A DNA stretch of 64,000 nucleotides from the human T2T-CHM13v2.0 reference genome, Homo sapiens. The position numbers and the translations under genes were made by a program. Under the pieces are notes generated by a model. It worked only from the letters and a program-made list of their open reading frames with translations, did not search any database and had not been told where the DNA came from. The stretch is taken from assembly GCF_009914755.1 (NCBI RefSeq), contig NC_060937.1; one strand, 5' to 3'. Positions 18,619-31,800 of this stretch are shown in pieces. Every line of letters starts with the position of its first letter. Position 1 is the stretch's first letter.

Positions 18619-18912
18619 GCAGGCGTGGTATCTAGCTCCTGTAATTCCAGCTACACCAGAGGCTGAGGCAGGAGGACTGCTTGAGGCCAGGAGATCTAGA
18701 TGAGCCTAGGCAACATAGCAAGAGCCCGTCTATAAAAAATAAAATTCAATAAATTATTCAGGCACGGTGGCACACATCTGTAGTCCCAGCTACACAGAAG
18801 GCTGAGGTAGGAGGATCATTTAAGCCCAGGAGTCTGAGGCTACAGTGAGCTAAGATCGCACCACTGGACTCCAGCCTGGGTGACAGAGAGAGATCTTTTG
18901 TCTCTTTAAAAA

Positions 18913-18920
<8 letters not shown>
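18619..18920 (+). mobile_element. AluJ
   Basis: Diverged dimeric Alu with J-type ggaggatc...tttaagcccaggag. Confidence 0.88.
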
Positions 18921-18962
<42 letters not shown>

Positions 18963-19042
18963 ACATATACATATATTTTATATATATGCACATATACATA
19001 TACATACACATATATATAATTACACACACACACACACACACA
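18921..19042. repeat. Compound (TA)n / degenerate (TACA)n / (CA)n microsatellite
   Basis: Directly visible at the end of the AluJ tail. Confidence 0.95.
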
Positions 19043-19832
19043 ATGCAGCACCTCCTAAGAAGGATATAAAAATATTTTTTCATTAACATGGTTGCAATTT
19101 TTTAAGTGAAAAAGTTTCGAACTTGTACATAAAGTTTGATAGCATTTTAGGGACTATGTGTGTATATACATACACACTTTAAAAATCTAAGATATACACA
19201 AAAATGTTAACATTTTATAGCTTTTATAGTGATTCTCGATTTACATTTATCCGTATTTTCTAATTTAATTACAAAGAATATACATTCTTCATGTATTTTC
19301 TAATACATTAAAATTTCATGTCTTTAAAACAAAGAGCTCGATTTTACAGACAATTCTCAATTACTCACATGTGATTACTTGTATAACCATCATTCTAGGG
19401 AAAGGGTGGCTTTTGCTCACAGATGGGCCTTCCTCCATATAGTCAGTAAAGTCTGAAAGTTGTATTTCTCTTAGCTACATTTAGTCCCTGACTCTTACTT
19501 ATCCAACGGTCTTAGGTACTTTCTAAGGCATTTTCAGGATGAATGTAATGCTTTAGCCCCTATCCCTCTGACTAAACTTCTTTGAGGTGCTCCCCATCAT
19601 ATGCACTAATGGACAGAAACAGTGAGTAATCTGTTTTGATTCCGTGGTCCATTACCAAAAACACTTTCCTTCCTAGGAAATGTCTGTGTCCAAAACAAAA
19701 ATATAATCACTTAAAAATCTGAGCTCTTCCCCTCCCTTAATGAACAACTCAATTCAACTATTTGATGGGGCCAAATAACACAGACATCTGTACAGGCAGG
19801 AGAGGGGGAAGTCAAAGCAGAGGGGAAGGGGC

Positions 19833-20099
19833 TGTGTGTGTGTGTGTGTGTGTGTGCGTGTGTGAGAGTGTGTGTGTGTTTATGCATGTGTGTGCATACA
19901 GGGAGCGGGGGCAGGAAGGCAGAGAGAATAAGCTGGGTTAACAAAAGGTGCACCGACCAAATAAGTAAATATAGTGGGGAGGGATGTGTGTGTGTGTGTG
20001 TGCGCGCACGCTCGTGTGCATGCAGGGAGCGGGGGCAGGAAGGCAGAGAGAATAAGCTGGGTTACCTAAAGGTGCAATGACCAAATAAGTAAATCTAGT
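19833..20099. repeat. Two-copy tandem duplication (core offset 124 bp), each copy led by a (TG)n tract
   Basis: An ~86-bp core cagggagcgggggcaggaaggcagagagaataagctgggtt... occurs at about 19890-19975 and 20014-20099. Confidence 0.93.
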
Positions 20100-20805
20100 A
20101 AGGATAATAGCAGCCAACTGTACTGTCAGAAAAAGGAATTACAAATACTGTGGTGGTGGCTACAAGATTATCACTGTGTATTCACGGTTTTCAGTACAGA
20201 TAAAGAGATCAATAGACGTAGAAGAGAAATAAATGCAGATGTGAAAAGTGTGTGTGTATTTATAAATACTCATCTATCCTCTAGCTCTGCTCACTAAGCG
20301 GGCTCAAGAACAATGACATCCCAATAGCAACGAGCACAACTGTACAAGGTCCTAGTTTATTGTTTTCCCCTAAGAGAAACCAGGGCTCCTTGGAGAAATG
20401 GCTTGTTCCAGAGTAGGGGCAAAGAAAGAGCAAAATGAGCCTGAACAGCTTGAGTCAGAAAGGAAAGAAATACTGGAGAATGACTGGGCACATCAAGAAG
20501 AGAGGAGCCAGCTTGGAGGAACTCCCCCTGGCCAGACTGGAGATAATGTGAGCATGGAAGTAAGAATGCTAATGGATAACAATCCACTGAATAAAACAGG
20601 AACCTTTGGGTCCACTGTAAGATTTTAAAAGTGAATAAAATGAAAGTTCAATGAAGAATGAAATATTTACAATCTCAAAATGCTTCCACATAAAATACTT
20701 CTAAATTACAATGAGAAAAAATAAAGATTAAGTGAAGAACTCTGTAAAACATCTGGGGAACATTCACTCAAATGTTCAATAACAGCCAAGAACAGTAATG
20801 GGAGG

Positions 20806-21620
20806 TTCAGAAAAGGATTCACATGGCCTCAAACTATCCTTAGAAAGGCCTGCTTGCGGCCGGGCGCAGTGGCTCACGCCTGTAATCCCAGCTCTCTGGG
20901 AGGCCGAGGCAGGCGGATCACGATGTCAGGAGATCAAGACCATCCCAACACAGTGAAACCCCGTCTCTACTAAAAATACAAAAAATTAGCCGGGCGTGGT
21001 GGCGGGCGCCTGTAGTCCCAGCTACTCGGGAGGCTGAGGCAGGAGAATGGCGTGAATCCGGGAAGGCGGAGCTTGCAGTGAGCCGAGATCGCACCACTGC
21101 ACTCCAGCCTGGGCGACAGAGCGAGACTCCGTCTCAAAAAAAAAAAAAAAAAAAAAAAATGGCGTGCTTGCATGGATGGTCCTTTTTAGCATCTGGAAAC
21201 TTGGATTTTGGACATGTTCCCACCATTTGCCAAATAATAAGTGTCTCGCTGTGCCTAAATTGTTTGAACAAACAAGACAGTTTATGCTGAACTCTTGCTT
21301 TCTTTCTGGGAGTCTGGAATTTGGGGGCATGGTAGGCAGAGGGTACCTACATGACTAGCCCCAAATAAAAACTCAGGGCACTCAGTCTGTAATGAGCTTC
21401 CTGTGTTGTCACAATTCAATGTGGGAAGAATTAATAGTCTTTTGTGACTCCACTGGGGCACTGACTTCTGGGTGCTTGCCTGGCTTTCTCTTTGCTGACT
21501 GTGTTTTGTATCCCGTCCCTGTAATAAATCTTAGCTGTGAGCACGCTTGGATGTTGAGCACTGTGAGTCCTTCTAGGAAATCACCTGTCCTAGAAGTGAT
21601 CTTGGGGATACTCCAACACA
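20806..21620 (+). mobile_element. MER68 (ERVL) LTR with nested AluY
   Basis: Matches recalled MER68 (ctatccttagaaaggcctgcttgc...tttatgctgaac...ctgggagtctggaattt...aataaaa). Ends in ...aacaca. Confidence 0.8.
20858..21159 (+). mobile_element. AluY
   Basis: CpG-rich with long poly-A and degenerate TSD ...ggc(c/g)tgcttgc. Confidence 0.95.
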
Positions 21621-22602
21621 TGGCACAAATCAAGTCACATATGCTACTTAACAGGACATGATGAGAAAAACACTGTAAGATTCCTGTCCAAGATACATAA
21701 CCTGAATCTAATCACAGGAAAACGAGACAAACTCCAATAAGGGACATTCTACAAAATAACTAACTTATGATTATCAAAAGTCAAGAATCATTAATGTCAA
21801 GAAAGGACTGAGAATCTTTTCCAAATTGAAAAAGACTAAAGAGACCGAATGCTAAATGTAATGTGGGATTCTGGACAGAATCCTTCTTCTATAAAGGACA
21901 TTACCGGTACATCCTGTGATACCAAAATAAGGTTTGCAGTAACAGTAGCATGTCAGTGTTACTTTCTGGATTTGGATGGATGTGCACACATAGGAAAACG
22001 TCCCTGTTGCTGGGAAATACCTATTAAAGTGCCGGGGCCATGAGGTACATATCAGTAACTTATTTTCAAATGGTTTAGGGTAAAAAAGCTTTCTTGGTCT
22101 ATTCATGCAACTTTTCTGAGTTTGAGACTGTTTCAAAATAAGAAGTAACGATGATGATGATGTTTATTATTCCATTTATTGATACCAAACCAGTCTTACA
22201 ATAACATGCTAAGAGAATGTACAACATCCTATGTAGGAAAAGCAGAAACTGGGGGTGTGGGGGATGGGCAATGGGGAGTGCTATCTCCCTCAACCCTCTT
22301 CACCAAGAAAAAAGTTTACATCATCAGGAAAGCCTCAAAGCCAAATATTTTAACTGTACTGGTTTATGATGATTAAATAATCGCTAGACATAGGAAATCA
22401 CTTCAGGGTACACAGTTTTTGTAAAATAAACATTGAGTAGAATATCATTTACCTAGTAATACTTAATGAACATTAACTGTTAGTGATAGAATTAAGAATT
22501 TTTACTCAATGTAAATTTTCCTAGATTGTTTTTCTAAGCCCACCTCCAACATCAATTACAAAAAATAAAATCACTTAAAAATCCATAAAGCTCTAAAATT
22601 AC

Positions 22603-22686
22603 CGTTTGTGTGCTTCCTGTTTGCTGCGACACTCTTCACAGTAATACTTGTATTCACTGCACAGAGTTTCTGTGTTGCTGAAACCC
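22603..22686 (-). CDS. USP12: USP12 exon 6 ([27 protein letters not shown]; second CxxC of the fingers Zn site)
   Basis: 84 nt, acceptor acacag, donor CG|gtaatt. Phase is consistent with exons 5 and 7. Confidence 0.96.
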
Positions 22687-22801
22687 CTGTGTGAAATTCA
22701 AAACAAATTTATTTTGTAGATACCAGGAAATCATGTATCTTAAAAAATATTCCAGACTAAAAATAATTATTAAATTTCAAACTAAATAATTCTACATATA
22801 C

Positions 22802-22878
22802 CTTAAGCAGTGAGTAATTGATGTATTTTGTTCCACGTCAACAGAAAGGTCTAAAAAATCTTCATCTTTGCTGCTTAT
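22802..22878 (-). CDS. USP12: USP12 exon 5 ([26 protein letters not shown])
   Basis: 77 nt, acceptor ttttacag, donor AG|gtatat. A 115-nt intron separates it from exon 6. Confidence 0.96.
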
Positions 22879-24869
22879 CTGTAAAAACAGTGAATTGTCT
22901 TTGATTTTTTCAAATACTAGTAAACCACAGTTCCCAATTAACAGAATTAAATGCCATTCTATTATTATCAGTAAGTAAACAATTCTTTTCCCTCAAGTTC
23001 AAAAGAGAACTACTTAATTTGGATTATCCAAAAGGACACTGAATAAATAACCCCTACCAGATGTATAAATAAAACACCAAAGTACACTTTTGACTGACTC
23101 TCACTGGCAAAGGCTAGTATGATGTGAGAGTTCATGACTTTCCAAAGTCTTTGTGTTATTTTAAAGCATGAAATAAACTGTACCATATACACTGATTCTT
23201 AAAAAAACATAGGCCAAGACTGAATAAAAATGCTTCACACAGGACAGGATATCTGTATTGTCATTAAAAAAAAAATTTAGCCCAAAATGTTAAATTACAT
23301 TCTTCATTTGTGACTGACTTTATTTCTCCTAAAAATTTAATATAAAGTTTTGTTTGATTTATGGGTAAATAATCTTCTTATAAAGTTATCACTTGCTCAT
23401 GTGAACTGGAATAGGACAGAACTTTAGACATAAATCTTCCTAGCTATTTCCTTCAGCAAGTCCATCCTGAAGGTACGTGTGCAACAGGAGATACGTCTGA
23501 CTCAGCAACCTGTGCCTCTCCACTCAGTTAAGCAAATGCTTTCCCATTTTAATACATCAAGATTATTATTAGCACATAGAGTTGTTCATCGAACAACTCA
23601 GTAAGTTGTCATACAACATGTGACTATACAAAGTATGTATTTATGCAAATATACGTAAACCAAGGTACTGTGCATAGTGTATTTTATAGACAGTTGAAGG
23701 GAGTTCCAATGGTGATTTTGACTTTCCCTGACTTCAACATTAAGCTAACCATAGGACCGAAACCCCTTCTGTAAGATGCCATTCCACTGTACGATGGAAG
23801 ATACAGCAACACTACAAGATAACTGACCTGAGTCTCAAAAAGTCTGGTGAAAAAGAAGAGGGAACACAGACAACTCAGAGAGAAAAAAAGAGGACATGAT
23901 ATGTTTAAGGAAAACACATCAATTTTGTAGAAAAGTGGGTAGGGTGACAAGAGATAGTATGGCAGAGGTAGGCTAGCCAGATCAGGCTGGAATTTACATG
24001 TAAGCTACAGAGAAGTAAAAGTTACACAGTCTGGTGTTTCTCAAAATCAATTTTGTATTCCTCAAAATGAAGTCCTCAGACACTGCCTCAGGGGTCTTCA
24101 TTTGAAATGTTCCTTTTATGATCATGTAAAAACCTAGACACAAGGATGCTCTAGATCACCTGGGTGCATGAGTTACTACGTTTATATTTGCGATTGAGTT
24201 GGTGCCAAGCGGTCATCAAGTAGGACAGTATTCCACTTTTCAAAGTGGTTGTAAAGACATCTGGCTGCTATTGGACTAATATGTCCTAATGTCATGTCAT
24301 GCACAATATGGGGAGATCCCAGTCTAAAACTCAGGGAAGAAGTCTAGGGTGGAGATCTGGAGTTGAGACTCATCAGCACATGTGATAATAAAATGGAACA
24401 TGATCATGATCCTCCCAATTCAGAGTGAGAAGCAACCGACAATGAAACCCTGGGGAACACCCACATTTAAAGAATGGAAAAAGAGAAGCCAAGGAATGAG
24501 ACTGAAAAGGAACCCTCATAGAGAACACCAGAAAAGGGTGTTATAGACACCAGCTTCCTACCACCTGAGACATTACCAATTGCATTTCTAAAATACAAGC
24601 ATGAGCTCCTCCAGGAAGCTGGTCCTTTACCTGTCCAAATCCTTCCCACTCCCACCTGGGTTAGGTCTACTATTCTCTGGCTGGCATGGCATCCTGTGCA
24701 TACACATACGATAACACACTGTACTGGAACTGCCTGAACACTGCTTTGCCAGTCTTCATTACCATAGGAGTATCTTGTGATCAGAGGCTTATGTCTTACT
24801 CATCTTCTACCATCTTCTACCTGGCATAGTTGGTGCTTAGCACCCCCCAAAATGAATACTTAAATATAA

Positions 24870-26711
24870 ATCTAACAAAACACGCATGGTATTGATATGA
24901 GGAAGAACTACCAAACTCCAATGAAAGATAGCAAAAAAAGTGGTAAATAAGGGGAGACAGTGCATGTACTTAGATAAGAAGACTCAACTTTGTCAAGATA
25001 TCATTTTTTTCCCAACTTCATCTATAGGTTCAGCAAAATCCTTATCAAAATCCCAGCAAGTTATTTTGTGGATATCGACGAACTTGATTCTAAAGTTTAC
25101 ATGGAGAGGCAAAAGACCCAGAATAGCCAACAAAATATTGAAGAAGAACAAAGTCAGAGGACTGAGACTACCTGACTTTAAGACTTACTCTAAAGCTACG
25201 GTAATCAAGACAGTGTGGTAGTGGGGAAAGAACAGATATACGGACCAACAGGACAGAAGACAGTGACCAGAAATACACTCACACAAATAAGAGTCAACTC
25301 ATCTTTGACAAAGGAGCAAAGGCAATTCAACAGAGAAAGAATTGTCTTTTAAACAAATGATGCTGGAGCAGATGGACATCCACATGCAAAAAAATTAACC
25401 CAGAATAAACTTTCTAATACCTTATACAGAAATTAACTCAAAAAGGATCATAGACTTAAATATAAAATGAAAAACTATATAATTCCTAGATAACATAGGA
25501 GAAATTCTAAGGGACCTTTAGTTTATTGATGACTTTTTAGATACAACACCAAAAGTATAATGCATGAAAGAAAAAGTTGGACTTTATTAAAATTAAAAAC
25601 TGATAATTAAAACATTAAAAACTTCTGCTCTGCCAGCCAGGCCCGGTGGCTCACGCCTGTAATTCCAGCACTTTAGGAGGCCAAGGTGGGTGGATCACTT
25701 GAGGTCGGGAGTTCAAGACCAGCCTGACCAACATGGAGAAACCCTGTCTCTATTAAAATTACAAAATTAGCCGGGCGTGGTGGCGCGTGCCTGTAATCCT
25801 GGCTACTAGGGAGGCTGACACAAGAGAACCACTTGAACCCAGGAGGCAGAGGTTGCGGTGAGCCACTGCGCTCCAGCCTGGGCAACGAGAGCGAAACTCC
25901 ATCTCAAAAAAAAAAAACTTCCACTCTGCCAAAAACAGTGTTAAAAGAATGAAAAACAAGTCACGGACTGGGAGAAAATATTTGCCAAAGACCCACCTGA
26001 TTATGAACTAGTAGCCAAAATTATACCCGAAAAAAAAAAACCCACTTAAAATTCGACAATACTCAAAGAAAAACAGCCTGATTAAAAAATGGACAAAAGA
26101 TCTGGACACATCACTAAAGAGATATAGATGATAAATAAGCAGACAAAAAGATGATCAACATCATATGTCATTAGGGCCTTGCAAATTAACATGAGATAAC
26201 ACTACACACTTATTAGAATGGCCAAAATCCAACTGACAACACCAAATGTCAGCAAGGATGTGGAGAAACAAGAACTCTCATTCACTGCTGGTAAGAAGGA
26301 AAAATCGTACAGCCACTGTGGAAGACAGAATGTTGGTTTCTTATCAAACTAAGTATACTCTTACCATACAATCCAGTGATCCTGCTCCTTGATATTTACA
26401 CAAAGGAAGTAAAAACTCACATCCACACAAAAACCTGCACACAAATGTTTATAGCAGCTTTATTCATAATTGGCAAAACTTGGAAGCAACCAAGACGTCC
26501 TTCAGTAAGTGAATGAACTTTAAAAACTGCAGCACATCCATACAGTGGAAATGTTGCTCAGCCAAAAATAAAGGAAATAAGTTATCAAGCCTTAAAAAGA
26601 CATGGAAGAACCTTAAATGCATATTGCTAAGTGGAAGAAGCTAATCCAAACAGGCTGCATACTATATGATTTCAACTACACAATATTCTGGAAAAGGCAA
26701 AACTATGGAGA
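24870..26711 (+). mobile_element. L1MB-like ORF2/3' fragment with nested AluS (25635-25917)
   Basis: ORF track peptide ...[42 protein letters not shown] is L1 ORF2. Alu TSD aaaaacttc(tg/ca)ctctgcc. Confidence 0.88.
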
Positions 26712-26944
26712 CTTTACAGGACTCTTAGCTTTCTTGCTTGTGGACCCTATTTTCCAATGTTATTAAAAACTAGCAGCACAACTGTCACAGTAAAGATGAG
26801 ATCAGGCAAAATCATAAATGCATGCTAAATCTTGGGTGAGATTTTGATGAGGAGGGAGGTATTTGTGTCTCCCCACAGACTGCCTACTAATTGCAAGGGG
26901 ATTTAAAAAAAAAAAAAAAAAAGTCATCATAAAGTGGAGAAACT

Positions 26945-27240
26945 GGCCCAGCACGGTGGATCATGTCTGTAATCCCAACACTCTGGGAGGCTGAGGCAGG
27001 TGGGTTACTTGAGGGCAGGAGTTCAAGACCAGCCTGGGTAACACAGCAAGACTCTGTCTCAAAAAAGTTTAAAAACTAGCTGGGGGTGATGGCATGCACT
27101 GTAGTCCTAGTTACTCAGAAGGCTGAGGCAGGAGGATCACTTGAGCCCAGGAGTCTTGGGGCTATAATGATCTATAACAGTGTCACTGCACTAAAGCCTG
27201 GGCGACAGAGCAAGAACCTGTCTCCAAATAAATAAATCAA
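26945..27240 (+). mobile_element. AluJ
   Basis: Diverged Alu with degenerate TSD aa(g/a)tggagaaac. Confidence 0.88.
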
Positions 27241-27588
27241 ATGGAGAAACACCACCACCTTGACTGGGTGATCAAAAATTAATTTCACCAATGAGAGGCA
27301 GATGGATATTGTGTGCCTACAGACGTGATGCCCCGAGAAAAACACAACATGAATGATATATTATTATTAGCCATGAATGCATAACCTGCATCTAGTTAGG
27401 AAGAAACATCAGAGAAACTAAATATGAGAACATCTGATTTTAAAAAGGTGAGGGAGGCATATTCTCAAAAAAAAAAAGACCATGTAAATGTTTCAGGTTA
27501 AAGAAGGCTAAAGAAACAACTAAATGCAATGTCCCCCTCTAAATTGGATTCTGTACTGAATAGGGAAAATGCTATAAAGAACATGACT

Positions 27589-27858
27589 GGCCGGGCATAA
27601 TGGCTCACACCTGTAATCCCAGAACTTTGAGAGGCCAAGGTGGAAAGACTGCTTGAGCCCAGGAGTTCAAGACCAGCCTGAGCAACACAGTTAAGACCCC
27701 TGTCTCTACAAAAAATAAAAATTTAAAAATTAGCTGGGTGTGGTGGCACGTGCTCGTGGTCCTTGCTACTTATGAGGCTTAGATGGAAGGATTGCTTGAG
27801 CCCAGGAAGTCGAGGCTACAGTGAGCTGAGATTGGGCCACTGCACTCCAGCCTGGGTG
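27589..27858 (+). mobile_element. AluJ, 3' end and tail missing
   Basis: Alu body stops at ccagcctgggtg. Confidence 0.88.
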
Positions 27859-28324
27859 TAACAATTTTCAAGCTTCATCTTTACAAAGTGTCCAGCAAGT
27901 GGGATTTTTTCCCCTCCTTGAGGGTACACTGTATGCTTTAGTTTTTATCCCAACAATGGATACTAAAGGTAATCGTAGAAAAAGGAAAAACGAATTAATA
28001 TGCCTCCCTGATCTGTATGATCCTATGAGATTATGTCATAAGACATAATTTCCACAACATGGTTCTATGGCCTCCTAAACTGAAAGAAAATCAAACAGTT
28101 CAAGCTACAGTAAGTATCTTTCTATCACCTCAGGTATTCATTGTCAATAAGCAACATTACATTAAGAATACAGACAGATTCCTTTTAACTGAAAAATACA
28201 TCTTTAACTCCTATACCTAAGAATTACAACTTTCAAGTTCATCTTCCATTCTGTCTTTCTCAAAGAACAACCTTTAACATAGTAATTCAATTTTTCTCTA
28301 TACAAAATTGTATGATATACTTAC

Positions 28325-28554
28325 AGTTTCACAAGTAAGACATCTGGTTTCATTAGTTAATGTTCCCTGAAAAATCTCATGAACCCACGTTGGGTCTGGT
28401 GTGCTGTTATTATTTTCATTATCAATATTACCATTAGGTAAACGACCATTTTGTTTTTCCTGCTTTCTCTCTTCTTGTAAAATATCAGCAATTGTATTTA
28501 GTAGGTAATTTAAGAATTCATGGGCATCTTGTTGCATGTAGTTGTCAAAAAGCT
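28325..28554 (-). CDS. USP12: USP12 exon 4 ([19 protein letters not shown]...RCLTCET)
   Basis: 230 nt, ORF track 28298..28570, QQDAHEF USP motif, acceptor tttcag, donor ACT|gtaagt. Confidence 0.97.
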
Positions 28555-29905
28555 CTGAAAATAAAAACATTATATTAGAGAATTATTTCAGAATTCATAA
28601 CTTCATAAAAAACCAATTTATAAAAGAATATCTAGTATTGGATCAGAACTAAAATATAAATGCACAATGTTTTTGTAATGTATAACAAATAACTTTCGCA
28701 TCTAAAACTTTTATCTGTATTTGGGGAAAATGTAAAATTAATTAAAATCTTGTTTAAAAATACTACTAATTGATCCTGAGAAAAGGGCAAAACCTATCCT
28801 TATATATTGGCATAACAGATACTGAGAATTTAAGAAGAAATTGCTTATTAGCTTACCTGACTTATTCCACAAATATTTCAACTTGGCAAGCTTTAAAGCA
28901 GAAGTTGGACAACCATTTGCCAATGCCAAGCCAACTGCTTTAGACCCACAAAGTTTATCAAAAATAAATTACTGAACCATACATCCCAGGGATTCTGATT
29001 TAGTTGATAAGGGGTAAGCCCAGAACGTGGGGCTTTTCAAAGCTCCTCCAACTAACTCTGATGTAGAGTCAGGTTTAAGAATCATGTTATCAAGAATTAT
29101 CTATATAATCCAGATAATCTCAAGTCCCTTCCAAATGTGAGACTTTATAATTCCACAAAACGTTCCCTGCAGTTACACAAATGAGTAAATATAACTGAAA
29201 TATTGGTGGTGCTAACATCAAGCGTGCTTTACCCTGTGCTTGGCAATATACAACTCTACCATAGAACAGTAAGGACTTTAGAGGCAGTATCTCATTTGAT
29301 CCCCAACAACCATGTAATATTGTTATTAACTTTATTTGTAAACATGAAAATGGGACGAGACAGAGTACAGTCACACTGCCAAGAAATGGCAGAGCCAGGA
29401 TTCAAACTGGGCAGCCTGACTCCACCATGCCACACACAAAGTAATGCCCAGTATAAGCCCACACACAAGAACATACATGAATTGGTCAATAAAATGCATT
29501 GAGAAAAATTACCTATTTAGGACATTTTATTTTTAGATCCTCAATGTACATTTAATAAGTTCCAGAAAGATTTTACATTTTAAAAATGAATGCATACAAA
29601 TTTAGAAAAAAATTTAGGGAAAGTCTAAGATAAAACAAATTAACAATTACATTTTAGAAGAGATACAGATATGACTACATAAAATTAAGTTCTATGTATT
29701 AGAAATCTTTAAAAAAGTTTTAAAAAAAGTGAAACCTGAAAATTATTAACATTTTCAACATATAAAAGCAAATCTCATATAAAAGAAAACCAAACTGGGC
29801 AATCTTATAAATGGCAATCAATTTATAAGAAAAAAACAATCAAAAGGCTAAAAAACATGAGAAAATGTTCAATCCCATAGTAAGTTTAAAAAAAAAAAAA
29901 AAGCA

Positions 29906-30230
<325 letters not shown>

Positions 30231-30521
30231 TCATTGTAAAAACAGAAAGGGAATGAGTGACGCTTTTTATGGGGGTAGGAGGGCACAGCTGCTAGAGCAA
30301 GGCTGTCTGGGTTGGTGCTATGGTTCTACTTCTAACTGCACGCGTGGCATAGGCAACTTATTCAAGCTCCCTGTTCCATAATTCCTCATCTGAAAAATGG
30401 GGCTCACAGCAGTACCTGTACCTCACAAGGCTGGGAGGAAGATTAAAAGTGCCTAGAATACAACAATAGGTTTTGTATTCTGTTCAACAACAACCACAGT
30501 AACAATATTGGCAATATCACT

Positions 30522-30925
30522 ACATGTTGAATATCCTTTATCTAAAATGCTTGGGACCAGCAGTGGTTGGGACTTCAGACTGCTTCAGATTTGAGAATAT
30601 TTTCATACACATAATGAGATATTTTGGGGATGTGACTCAAATCTAAACATGAAATTCATTTGTTTCATATACACCTTATAGCCTGGAGGTAACTTTATAT
30701 AGTACTTTTTTTTTTTTTTTTTGAGATGGAGTTTTGCTCTTGTTGCCCAGGATGGAGTGCAACTTCATATAGTATTTTTAAAAACTTTGTGCAGGGAAGT
30801 AAATTTGTGTACACTGAACCATCAGAAAGTAAAGTTGTTACTACCTCAGCCACCCCATGTGGCATCATGCAGCTCAAAAAGTTTCAGATTTCTGGATTAC
30901 GGATGCTCAACCTATATAATTGTTG
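30522..30925 (+). mobile_element. Tigger4/Zombi (MER46-like) MITE
   Basis: Degenerate TIRs catgttgaatatcc ... ggatgctcaaccta with TA flanks. Internal aaatgcttgggaccag motif. Confidence 0.78.
30705..30760 (-). mobile_element. Ultra-short 5'-truncated Alu (about 38 nt plus poly-A) with TSD
   Basis: T17-gagatggagttttgctcttgttgcccaggatggagtgc flanked by aactt(t/c)atatagta at 30691-30704 and 30761-30774. Confidence 0.85.
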
Positions 30926-31672
30926 TTGCTACTGAACAGAATACAAAACACATCAAAGACTGACTATGTAAAAACTATGAACTTCTGTATGGCAAAGTCA
31001 ACATAAATGAAGACAAGTGACGAACAAGGATAATTATTTGCATATTAATATCCAGACTATGTAAAGGTTTAATATACAGAATATTTAAAAAAAAAACCCT
31101 TTACAAAACAAGAAAAAAAATTTTAAAAACTGGCAAAGGAAAATAGCCAATTCAGAGTAGAAATACAAATGCCTAAATAATACATGACAAGGGACTGGGA
31201 AATAACAATTAAAACAATGACAAAATATCATTTTGCCCATCACTTTGGCAAAATAAAAATTGACTTAGTTTCCATCCAGTGTTAGCTTGAGTATGGAGAA
31301 ATGGACATTCTCAACTGTTGCTGCTGGGAGTATAAACTGGTATGGCACGTTGTAAAGGCAATTTTGGTAACAGATTTAAAATAATGCAACCTAGTTCTCC
31401 CAGGTATCGATGCCAGGTAAGTATCTGTGCATGTACCAAAACAAGCATAAATACGGCTGCTTATTTATAACAGCAGAAGTCTGAAAATATCCTAAATGTT
31501 TATCAACAGGAGAATGATTTATTTAAATTATGCTATAATTTTGTTAGGGAATGCTGGGCAACGGTTAAAATGGAAACAGTTCCATTGAATTAACATGGCA
31601 AAACTTCCAAAACAGAAAGTGAAACAAGGATGCTGAACACATGTGGATCCCACTCATGAAAAACAAACAACC

Positions 31673-31800
31673 GGCTGGAAGCAGTGGCTCATGTCTGTAA
31701 TCCCAGCACTTTGTGAGTCTGAGGGGGGCAGATCACCTGAGGTCAGGAGTTCAAGACCAGCCTGACCAACATGGTGAAACCCCATCTCCACTAAAAATAG
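31673..31800 (+). mobile_element. Alu left-arm fragment within old L1ME sequence (about 30950-32020)
   Basis: Alu left monomer ending at ctaaaaata. Confidence 0.85.

Larger units (their letters stand above)
20100..22145 (+). mobile_element. L1MC/MD 3' region interrupted by MER68 and AluY
   Basis: Motifs gggctccttggagaaatggct and cataacctgaatctaatcac...gggacattctacaaaataac. Boundaries approximate. Confidence 0.65.
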
